A DNA stretch of 64,000 nucleotides from positions 54,374,001 to 54,438,000 of the forward strand of contig OZ024745.1 in the NCBI GenBank assembly GCA_964016885.1, in the 5' to 3' direction. Positions 26,561 to 38,500 of the stretch are shown piece by piece. Position 1 is the first letter of the stretch. Each line of letters opens with the position of its first letter. The position numbers and the translations under genes were made by a program. This DNA comes from Eledone cirrhosa. Its lineage: Eukaryota. The notes beneath the pieces are model-generated. The model did not search any database and was not told where the DNA came from. It saw only the letters and a program-made list of their open reading frames with translations.

Positions 26561-29500
26561 TTGGTGTGATATTGGTATTGGTGGTGGTATTGGGGGTGGC
26601 GTCGGTGGTGGTATTAGTTTTGATATTGGTATTGGAGGTGGTGTTGGTGGTGGTGTTGTTGTTGATATTGGTATTGTTGGTGGTGTTGGTGGTGGTGTTG
26701 GTGTTGATATTGGTATTGGTGGTGGTGTTGGTGGTGGTGTTGGTTTTGATATTGGTATTGGTGGTGGTGTTGGTGGTGGTGTTGGTGTTGATATTGGTAT
26801 TGGTGGTGGTGATGATGGTGGTGTTGGTTTTGATATTGGTATTGGTGGTGGTGTTGGTGGTGGTGTTGGTGTTGATATTGGTATTGGTGGTGGTGATGGT
26901 GGTGGTGTTGGTGTTGATATTGGTATTGGTGGTGGTGATGATGGTGGTGTTGGTGTTGATATTGGTATTGGTGGTGGTGTTGTTGGTGGTGTTGGTGTTG
27001 ATATTGGTATTGGTGGTGGTGATGGTGGTGGTGTTGGTGTTGATATTGGTATTGGTGGTGGTGTTCGTGGTGGTGTTGGTGTTGATATTGTTATTGGTGG
27101 TGGTGGTGGTGTTGGTGTTGATATTGATGTTGATATTGTTGTTGTTGGTGGTGGTGGTGTTAGTGTTGATGTTTATACTAGTGCTAGTGTTGGTGGTGGT
27201 GTTGGTGGTGATGTTAGTGTTGATGAAGTTAGTGTCGATATTAATTGGCATTGATGTTAGTGTTGGTGTTACTGATAATATTGTTGTTGGTGGTGTTGGT
27301 GTTATTGTTGGAGTTATTGTTGTTGTTAGTGTTGGTGTTATTAATAATATTGTTGTTGGTGGTGTTGGTGTTGTTGTTGGTGTTATTGTTGATGTTAGTC
27401 TTGGTGTTATCGATAATGTTGTTGTTGGTGGTGTTGGTGTTGTTGTTGGAGTTATTATTGTTGTTAGTGTTGGTGTTATTGATAATATTGTTGTTGGTGG
27501 TGTTGGTGTTGTTGTTGGAGTTATTGTTGATGTTAGTGTTGGTGTTATTGATAATATTGTTATTGGTGGTGTAGGTGTTGTTGTTGCAGTTATTGTTGAT
27601 GTTAGTCTTGGTGTTATTAATAATGTTGTTGTTGGTGGTGTTGGTGTTGTTGTTAGAGTTATTGTTGTTGTTATTGTTGGTGTTATTGATAATATTGTTG
27701 TTGGTGGTGTTGGTGTTGTTGTTGGTGTTATTGTTGTTGTTAGTGTTGGTGTTATTAATAATATTGTTGTTGGTGGTGTTGGTGTTGTTGTTGGAGTTAT
27801 TGTTTTTGTTAGTGTTGGTGTTATTGATAATATTGTTGTTGGTGGTGTTGGTGTTGTTGTTGGTGTTATTGTTGATGTTAGTGTTGGTGTTATTGATAAT
27901 GTTGTTGTTGGTGGTGTTGGTGTTGTTGGAGTTATTGTTGATGCTAGCGTTGGTGTTATTGATAATATTGTTGTTGGTGGTGTTGGTGTTGTTATTGGAG
28001 TTATCGTTATTGTTAGTGTTGGTGTTATTGATAATATTGTTGTTGGTGGTGTTGGTGTTGTTGTTGGTGTTATTGTTGATGTTAGTGTTGGTGTTATTGA
28101 TAATATTGTTGTTGGTGGTGTTGGTGTTGTTGTTGGTGTTATTGTTGTTGTTAGTGTTGGTGTTATTGATCATATTGTTGTTGGTGGTGTTGGTGTTGTT
28201 GTTGGAGTTATTGTTGTTGTTAGTGTTGGTGTTATCGATAATATTGTTGATGGTGGTATTGTTGTTGGTGTTATTGTTGTTGTTAGTGTTGGTGTTATTG
28301 ATAATACTGTTGTTGGTGGTGTTGGTGTTGTTGTTGGTGTTATTGTTGTTGTTAGTGTTGGTGTTATTGATAATATTGTTGTTGGTGGTGTTGTTGTTGG
28401 TGTTATTGTTGTTGTTAGTATTGGTGTTATTGATAATACTGTTGTTGGTGGTGTTGGTGTTGTTGTTGGTGTTATTGTTGATGTTAGTGTTGGTGTTATT
28501 GATAATATTGTTGTTGGTGGTGTTGTTGTTGGTGTTATTGTTGTTGTTAGTATTGGTGTTATTGATAATACTGTTGTTGGTGGTGTTGGTGTTGTTGTTG
28601 GTGTTATTGTTGTTGTTAGTGTTGGTGTTATTGATAATATGGTTGTTGGTGGTGTTGTTGTTGGTTTTATTGTTGTTGTTAGTGTTGGTGTTATTGATAA
28701 TGTTGTTGTTGGTGGTGTTGTTGTTGGTGTTATTGTTGTTGTTAGTATTGGTGTTATTGATAATATTGTTGTTGGTGGTGTTGGTGTCGTTGTTGGTGTT
28801 ATTGTTGATGTTAGTGTTGGTGTTATTGATAATAATGTTGGTGGTGTTGGTGTTGTTGTTGGTGTTATTTTTGATGTTAGTGTTGGTGTTATTGATAATA
28901 TTGTTGTTGGTGGTGTTGGTGTTGTTGTTGGTGTTATTGTTGTTGTTATTGTTGTTGTTATTGATAATATTGTTGTTGGTGGTGTTGGTGGTGTTGTTGG
29001 AGTTATTGTTGATGTTAGTGTTGGTATTATTGATAATATTGTTGTTGGTGGTGTTGTTGTTGTTGTTGGAGTTATAGTTGATGTTAGTGTTGGTGTTATT
29101 GAGAATATTGTTGTTGGTCGTGTTGGTGTTGTTGTTGGAGTTACTGTTGTTGTTAGTGTTGGTGTTATTGATAATATTGTTGTTGGTGGTGTTAGTGTTG
29201 TTGTTGGAGTTATTGTTGTTGTTAGTGTTGGTGTTACTGATAATATTGTTGTTGGTGGTGTTGGTGTTGTTGTTGGAGTTATTGTTGATGTTAGTGTTGG
29301 GGTTGGTGTTGGAGTTGGTGTTGATATTGGTGTTGGTGGTGGTGTTGGTGGTGGTGTAGGTGGTGGTGTTGGTGGCAGTGTTAGTGTTGATATTGATGTT
29401 GGTGTTGATATTGGCGTTGGTGGTGGTGTTGGTGGTAGGTGTTGGTGTTGGTGTTGGTGTTGGTGTTGGTGTTGGTGGTGTTAGTGTTGATGTTTGTGTT

Positions 29501-32500
29501 GATGTTGATGTTGGTGTTGGTGTTGATATTGGTGTTGGTGGTGGGGTTGGTCGTGGTGTTGTTGGTGGTGTTGGTGTTGGTGGCGGTGTTAGTGTTGATA
29601 TTGATGTTGGTGTTGATATTGGTGTTGTTTGTGGTGTTGGTGGTGGTGTTGGTGGTGGTGTTGGTGGTGGTGTTGGTGGTGGTGTTGGTGGTGGTGTTGG
29701 TGGCGGTGTTAGTGTTGATATTGATGTTGGTTTTGATATTGGTGTTGGTGGTGGTGTTGGTGGTGGGTGTTGGTGGTGGTGTTGGTGTTGGTGGTGTTAG
29801 TGTTGATGTTTGTGTTCATGTTGATGTTGGTGCTGGTGTTGATATTGGTGTTGGTGGTGGTGTTGATGGTGGTGTTGGTGGCGGTGTTAGTGTTGATGTT
29901 GATGTTGGTGTTGATATTGGTGTTGGCGGTGGTGTTGGTGGTGGTGTTGTTAGTGGTGTTGGTGTTGGTGGTGTTAGTGTTGATGTTAGTGTTGGTGTTG
30001 GTGTTGGCGGTGTTAGTGTTGATGTTAGTGTTGATGTTGGTGTTGGTGTTGATATTGGTGTTGGTGGTGGTGGTGGTGTTAGTGGTGGTGTTGGTGTTGG
30101 TATTGATCTGGAGTTGATGGTGGTGTTGGTGGTGGTGTTAGTGTTGATGTTGATGTTGATATTGGAGGTGGTGTTAGTGGTGGTGTTAGTTAGATGTTGG
30201 TGTTGATATTGGTGTTGGTGGTGATGTTGGTGGTGGTGTTGGTGGTGGTGTTGGTGTTGGTGGTGTTAGTGTTGATGTTTGTGTTGATGTTAGTGTTGAT
30301 GTTGGTGTTAGTGTTGATATTGGTGTTGGTGGTGGTGGTGGTGTTGGTGGTGGTGTTGGTGGTGGTGTTGGTGTTGATATTGGTATTTGTATTGGTGTTG
30401 GTGTTGATATTCATATTGGTGGCGGTGTTAGTGGTGGTGTTGGTGGTGGTGTTGGTGTTGGTATTGGTGGTGGTGTTGGTGGTGGTGTTGGTGTTGATAT
30501 TGGTACTGGTGGTAGTGTTGGTGGTGGTGTTGGTGTGATATTGGTATTGGTGGTGGTGTTGGGGGTGGCGTCGGTGGTGGTATTAGTTTTGATATTGGTA
30601 TTGGAGGTGGTGTTGGTGGTGGTGTTGTTGTTGATATTGGTATTGTTGGTGGTGTTGGTGGTGGTGTTGGTGTTGATATTGGTATTGGTGGTGGTGTTGG
30701 TGGTGGTGTTGGTTTTGATATTGGTATTGGTGGTGGTGTTGGTGGTGGTGTTGGTGTTGATATTGGTATTGGTGGTGGTGATGATGGTGGTGTTGGTGTT
30801 GATATTGGTATTGGTGGTGGTGTTGGTGGTGGTGTTGGTGTTGATATTGGTATTGGTGGTGGTGATGGTGGTGGTGTTGGTGTTGATATTGGTATTGGTG
30901 GTGGTGATGATGGTGGTGTTGGTGTTGATATTGGTATTGGTGGTGGTGTTGTTGGTGGTGTTGGTGTTGATATTGGTATTGGTGGTGGTGATGGTGGTGG
31001 TGTTGGTGTTGATATTGGTATTGGTGGTTGTGTTCGTGGTGGTGTTGGTGTTGATATTGGTATTGGTGGTGATGATGGTGGTGGTGTTGGTGTTGATATT
31101 GGTATTGGTGGTGGTGATGATGGTGGTGTTGGTGTTGATATTGGTATTGGTGGTGGTGTTGTTGGTGGTGTTGGTGTTGATATTGGTATTGGTGGTGGTG
31201 ATGGTGGTGGTGTTGGTGTTGATATTGGTATTGGTGGTTGTGTTCGTGGTGGTGTTGGTGTTGATATTGTTATTGGTGGTGGTGGTGGTGTTGGTGTTGA
31301 TATTGATGTTGATATTGTTGTTGTTGGTGGTGGTGGTGTTAGTGTTGATGTTTATACTAGTGGTAGTGTTGGTGGTGGTGTTGGTGGTGATGTTAGTGTT
31401 GATGAAGTTAGTGTCGATATTAATTGGCATTGATGTTAGTGTTGGTGTTACTGATAATATTGTTGTTGGTGGTGTTGGTGTTATTGTTGGAGTTATTGTT
31501 GTTGTTAGTGTTGGTGTTATTAATAATATTGTTGTTGGTGGTGTTGGTGTTGTTGTTGGTGTTATTGTTGATGTTAGTCTTGGTGTTATTGATAATGTTG
31601 TTGTTGGTGGTGTTGGTGTTGTTGGAGTTATTGTTGATGCTAGCGTTGGTGTTATTGATAATATTGTTGTTGGTGGTGTTGGTGTTGTTATTGGAGTTAT
31701 CGTTATTGTTAGTGTTGGTGTTATTGATAATATTGTTGTTGGTGGTGTTGGTGTTGTTGTTGGTGTTATTGTTGATGTTAGTGTTGGTGTTATTGATAAT
31801 ATTGTTGTTGGTGGTGTTGGTGTTGTTGTTGGTGTTATTGTTGTTGTTAGTGTTGGTGTTATTGATCATATTGTTGTTAGTGGTGTTGGTGTTGTTGTTG
31901 GAGTTATTGTTGTTGTTAGTGTTGGTGTTATCGATAATATTGTTGATGGTGGTATTGTTGTTGGTGTTATTGTTGTTGTTAGTGTTGGTGTTATTGATAA
32001 TACTGTTGTTGGTGGTGTTGGTGTTGTTGTTGGTGTTATTGTTGTTGTTAGTGTTGGTGTTATTGATAATATTGTTGTTGGTGGTGTTGTTGTTGGTGTT
32101 ATTGTTGTTGTTAGTATTGGTGTTATTGATAATACTGTTGTTGGTGGTGTTGGTGTTGTTGTTGGTGTTATTGTTGATGTTAGTGTTGGTGTTATTGATA
32201 ATATTGTTGTTGGTGGTGTTGTTGTTGGTGTTATTGTTGTTGTTAGTATTGGTGTTATTGATAATACTGTTGTTGGTGGTGTTGGTGTTGTTGTTGGTGT
32301 TATTGTTGTTGTTAGTGTTGGTGTTATTGATAATATGGTTGTTGGTGGTGTTGTTGTTGGTTTTATTGTTGTTGTTAGTGTTGGTGTTATTGATAATGTT
32401 GTTGTTGGTGGTGTTGTTGTTGGTGTTATTGTTGTTGTTAGTATTGGTGTTATTGATAATATTGTTGTTGGTGGTGTTGGTGTCGTTGTTGGTGTTATTG

Positions 32501-35500
32501 TTGATGTTAGTGTTGGTGTTATTGATAATAATGTTGGTGGTGTTGGTGTTGTTGTTGGTGTTATTTTTGATGTTAGTGTTGGTGTCATTGATAATATTGT
32601 TGTTGGTGGTGTTGGTGTTGTTGTTGGTGTTATTGTTGTTGTTATTGTTGTTGTTATTGATAATATTGTTGTTGGTGGTGTTGGTGGTGTTGTTGGAGTT
32701 ATTGTTGATGTTAGTGTTGGTATTATTGATAATATTGTTGTTGGTGGTGTTGTTGTTGTTGTTGGAGTTATAGTTGATGTTAGTGTTGGTGTTATTGAGA
32801 ATATTGTTGTTGGTCGTGTTGGTGTTGTTGTTGGAGTTACTGTTGTTGTTAGTGTTGGTGTTATTGATAATATTGTTGTTGGTGGTGTTAGTGTTGTTGT
32901 TGGAGTTATTGTTGTTGTTAGTGTTGGTGTTACTGATAATATTGTTGTTGGTGGTGTTGGTGTTGTTGTTGGAGTTATTGTTGATGTTAGTGTTGGGGTT
33001 GGTGTTGGAGTTGGTGTTGATATTGGTGTTGGTGGTGGTGTTGGTGGTGGTGTAGGTGGTGGTGTTGGTGGCAGTGTTAGTGTTGATATTGATGTTGGTG
33101 TTGATATTGGCGTTGGTGGTGGTGTTGGTGGTAGGTGTTGGTGTTGGTGTTGGTGTTGGTGTTGGTGTTGGTGTTGGTGGTGTTAGTGTTGATGTTTGTG
33201 TTGATGTTGATGTTGGTGTTGGTGTTGATATTGGTGTTGGTGGTGGGGTTGGTCGTGGTGTTGTTGGTGGTGTTGGTGTTGGTGGCGGTGTTAGTGTTGA
33301 TATTGATGTTGGTGTTGATATTGGTGTTGTTTGTGGTGTTGGTGGTGGTGTTGGTGGTGGTGTTGGTGGTGGTGTTGGTGGTGGTGTTGGTGGTGGTGTT
33401 GGTGGCGGTGTTAGTGTTGATATTGATGTTGGTTTTGATATTGGTGTTGGTGGTGGTGTTGGTGGTGGGTGTTGGTGGTGGTGTTGGTGTTGGTGGTGTT
33501 AGTGTTGATGTTTGTGTTCATGTTGATGTTGGTGCTGGTGTTGATATTGGTGTTGGTGGTGGTGTTGATGGTGGTGTTGGTGGCGGTGTTAGTGTTGATG
33601 TTGATGTTGGTGTTGATATTGGTGTTGGCGGTGGTGTTGGTGGTGGTGTTGTTAGTGGTGTTGGTGTTGGTGGTGTTAGTGTTGATGTTAGTGTTGGTGT
33701 TGGTGTTGGCGGTGTTAGTGTTGATGTTAGTGTTGATGTTGGTGTTGGTGTTGATATTGGTGTTGGTGGTGGTGGTGGTGTTAGTGGTGGTGTTGGTGTT
33801 GGTATTGATCTGGAGTTGATGGTGGTGTTGGTGGTGGTGTTAGTGTTGATGTTGATGTTGATATTGGAGGTGGTGTTAGTGGTGGTGTTAGTTAGATGTT
33901 GGTGTTGATATTGGTGTTGGTGGTGATGTTGGTGGTGGTGTTGGTGGTGGTGTTGGTGTTGGTGGTGTTAGTGTTGATGTTTGTGTTGATGTTAGTGTTG
34001 ATGTTGGTGTTAGTGTTGATATTGGTGTTGGTCGTGGTGGTGGTGTTGGTGGTGGTGTTGGTGGTGGTGTTGGTGTTGATATTGGTATTTGTATTGGTGT
34101 TGGTGTTGATATTCATATTGGTGGCGGTGTTAGTGGTGGTGTTGGTGGTGGTGTTGGTGTTGGTATTGGTGGTGGTGTTGGTGGTGGTGTTGGTGTTGAT
34201 ATTGGTACTGGTGGTAGTGTTGGTGGTGGTGTTGGTGTGATATTGGTATTGGTGGTGGTGTTGGGGGTGGCGTCGGTGGTGGTATTAGTTTTGATATTGG
34301 TATTGGAGGTGGTGTTGGTGGTGGTGTTGTTGTTGATATTGGTATTGTTGGTGGTGTTGGTGGTGGTGTTGGTGTTGATATTGGTATTGGTGGTGGTGTT
34401 GGTGGTGGTGTTGGTTTTGATATTGGTATTGGTGGTGGTGTTGGTGGTGGTGTTGGTGTTGATATTGGTATTGGTGGTGGTGATGATGGTGGTGTTGGTG
34501 TTGATATTGGTATTGGTGGTGGTGTTGGTGGTGGTGTTGGTGTTGATATTGGTATTGGTGGTGGTGATGGTGGTGGTGTTGGTGTTGATATTGGTATTGG
34601 TGGTGGTGATGATGGTGGTGTTGGTGTTGATATTGGTATTGGTGGTGGTGTTGTTGGTGGTGTTGGTGTTGATATTGGTATTGGTGGTGGTGATGGTGGT
34701 GGTGTTGGTGTTGATATTGGTATTGGTGGTGGTGTTCGTGGTGGTGTTGGTGTTGATATTGGTATTGGTGGTGATGATGGTGGTGGTGTTGGTGTTGATA
34801 TTGGTATTGGTGGTGGTGATGATGGTGGTGTTGGTGTTGATATTGGTATTGGTGGTGGTGTTGTTGGTGGTGTTGGTGTTGATATTGGTATTGGTGGTGG
34901 TGATGGTGGTGGTGTTGGTGTTGATATTGGTATTGGTGGTTGTGTTCGTGGTGGTGTTGGTGTTGATATTGTTATTGGTAGTGGTGGTGGTGTTGGTGTT
35001 GATATTGATGTTGATATTGTTGTTGTTGGTGGTGGTGGTGTTAGTGTTGATGTTTATACTAGTGGTAGTGTTGGTGGTGGTGTTGGTGGTGATGTTAGTG
35101 TTGATGAAGTTAGTGTCGATATTAATTGGCATTGATGTTAGTGTTGGTGTTACTGATAATATTGTTGTTGGTGGTGTTGGTGTTATTGTTGGAGTTATTG
35201 TTGTTGTTAGTGTTGGTGTTATTAATAATATTGTTGTTGGTGGTGTTGGTGTTGTTGTTGGTGTTATTGTTGATGTTAGTCTTGGTGTTATCGATAATGT
35301 TGTTGTTGGTGGTGTTGGTGTTGTTGTTGGAGTTATTATTGTTGTTAGTGTTGGTGTTATTGATAATATTGTTGTTGGTGGTGTTGGTGTTGTTGTTGGA
35401 GTTATTGTTGATGTTAGTGTTGGTGTTATTGATAATATTGTTGTTGGTGGTGTTGGTGTTGTTGTTGGAGTTATTGTTGATGTTAGTCTTGGTGTTATTG

Positions 35501-38500
35501 ATAATGTTGTTGTTGGTGGTGTTGGTGTTGTTGTTAGAGTTATTGTTGTTGTTATTGTTGGTGTTATTGATAATATTGTTGTTGGTGGTGTTGGTGTTGT
35601 TGTTGGTGTTATTGTTGTTGTTAGTGTTGGTGTTATTAATAATATTGTTGTTGGTGGTGTTGGTGTTGTTGTTGGAGTTATTGTTTTTGTTAGTGTTGGT
35701 GTTATTGATAATATTGTTGTTGGTGGTGTTGGTGTTGTTGTTGGTGTTATTGTTGATGTTAGTGTTGGTGTTATTGATAATGTTGTTGTTGGTGGTGTTG
35801 GTGTTGTTGGAGTTATTGTTGATGCTAGCGTTGGTGTTATTGATAATATTGTTGTTGGTGGTGTTGGTGTTGTTATTGGAGTTATCGTTATTGTTAGTGT
35901 TGGTGTTATTGATAATATTGTTGTTGGTGGTGTTGGTGTTGTTGTTGGTGTTATTGTTGATGTTAGTGTTGGTGTTATTGATAATATTGTTGTTGGTGGT
36001 GTTGGTGTTGTTGTTGGTGTTATTGTTGTTGTTAGTGTTGGTGTTATTGATAATATTGTTGTTGGTGGTGTTGGTGTTGTTGTTGGAGTTATTGTTGTTG
36101 TTAGTGTTGGTGTTATTGATAATATTGTTGATGGTGGTATTGTTGTTGGTGTTATTGTTGTTGTTAGTGTTGGTGTTATTGATAATACTGTTGTTGGTGG
36201 TGTTGGTGTTGTTGTTGGTGTTATTGTTGTTGTTAGTGTTGGTGTTATTGATAATATTGTTGTTGGTGGTGTTGTTGTTGGTGTTATTGTTGTTGTTAGT
36301 ATTGGTGTTATTGATAATACTGTTGTTGGTGGTGTTGGTGTTGTTGTTGGTGTTATTGTTGATGTTAGTGTTGGTGTTATTGATAATATTGTTGTTGGTG
36401 GTGTTGTTGTTGGTGTTCTTGTTGTTGTTAGTATTGGTGTTATTGATAATACTGTTGTTGGTGGTGTTGGTGTTGTTGTTGGTGTTATTGTTGTTGTTAG
36501 TGTTGGTGTTATTGATAATATTGTTGTTGGTGGTGTTGTTGTTGGTTTTATTGTTGTTGTTAGTGTTGGTGTTATTGATAATGTTGTTGTTGGTGGTGTT
36601 GTTGTTGGTGTTATTGTTGTTGTTAGTATTGGTGTTATTGATAATATTGTTGTTGGTGGTGTTGGTGTCGTTGTTGGTGTTATTGTTGATGTTAGTGTTG
36701 GTGTTATTGATAATAATGTTGGTGGTGTTGGTGTTGTTGTTGGTGTTATTTTTGATGTTAGTGTTGGTGTTATTGATAATATTGTTGTTGGTGGTGTTGG
36801 TGTTGTTGTTGGTGTTATTGTTGTTGTTATTGTTGTTGTTATTGATAATATTGTTCTTGGTGGTGTTGGTGGTGTTGTTGGAGTTATTGTTGATGTTAGT
36901 GTTGGTATTATTGATAATATTGTTGTTGGTGGTGTTGTTGTTGTTGTTGGAGTTATAGTTGATGTTAGTGTTGGTGTTATTGAGAATATTGTTGTTGGTC
37001 GTGTTGGTGTTGTTGTTGGAGTTATTGTTGTTGTTAGTGTTGGTGTTATTGATAATATTGTTGTTGGTGGTGTTGGTGTTATTGTTGGTGTTATTGTTGT
37101 TGTTAGTGTTGGTGTTATTGATAATATTGTTGTTGGTGGTGTTGTTGTTGGTGTTATTGTTGTTGTTAGTATTGGTGTTATTGATAATACTGTTGTTGGT
37201 GGTGTTGGTGTTGTTGTTGGTGTTATTGTTGATGTTAGTGTTGGTGTTATTGATAATATTGTTGTTGGTGGTGTTGTTGTTGGTGTTATTGTTGTTGTTA
37301 GTATTGGTGTTATTGATAATACTGTTGTTGGTGGTGTTGGTGTTGTTGTTGGTGTTATTGTTGTTGTTAGTGTTGGTGTTATTGATAATATTGTTGTTGG
37401 TGGTGTTGTTGTTGGTTTTATTGTTGTTGTTAGTGTTGGTGTTATTGATAATGTTGTTGTTGGTGGTGTTGTTGTTGGTGTTATTGTTGTTGTTAGTATT
37501 GGTGTTATTGATAATATTGTTGTTGGTGGTGTTGGTGTCGTTGTTGGTGTTATTGTTGATGTTAGTGTTGGTGTTATTGATAATAATGTTGGTGGTGTTG
37601 GTGTTGTTGTTGGTGTTATTTTTGATGTTAGTGTTGGTGTTATTGATAATATTGTTGTTGGTGGTGTTGGTGTTGTTGTTGGTGTTATTGTTGTTGTTAT
37701 TGTTGTTGTTATTGATAATATTGTTGTTGGTGGTGTTGGTGGTGTTGTTGGAGTTATTGTTGATGTTAGTGTTGGTATTATTGATAATATTGTTGTTGGT
37801 GGTGTTGTTGTTGTTGTTGGAGTTATAGTTGATGTTAGTGTTGGTGTTATTGAGAATATTGTTGTTGGTCGTGTTGGTGTTGTTGTTGGAGTTATTGTTG
37901 TTGTTATTTTTGGTGTTATTGATAATATTGTTGTTGGTGGTGTTGGTGTTGTTGTTGGAGTTATTGTTGTTGTTAGTGTTGGTGTTACTGATAATATTGT
38001 TGTTGGTGGTGTTGGTGTTGTTGTTGGAGTTATTGTTGATGTTAGTGTTGGGGTTGGTGTTGGAATTGGTGTTGATATTGGTGTTGGTGGTGGTGTTGGT
38101 GGTGGTGTAGGTGGTGGTGTTGGTGGCAGTGTTAGTGTTGATATTGATGTTGGTGTTGATATTGGTGTTGGTGGTGGTGTTGGTGGTAGGTGTTGGTGTT
38201 GGTGTTGGTGTTGGTGTTGGTGGTGTTAGTGTTGATGTTTGTGTTGATGTTGATGTTGGTGTTGGTGTTGATATTGGTGTTGGTGGTGGGGTTGGTCGTG
38301 GTGTTGTTGGTGGTGTTGGTGTTGGTGGCGGTGTTAGTGTTGATATTGATGTTGGTGTTGATAATGGTGTTGTTGGTGGTGTTGGTGGTGGTGTTGGTGG
38401 TGGTGTTGGTGGTGGTGTTTGTGGTGGTGTTGGTGGTGGTGTTGGTGGCGGTGTTAGTGTTGATATTGATGTTGGTGTTGATATTGGTGTTGGTGGTGGT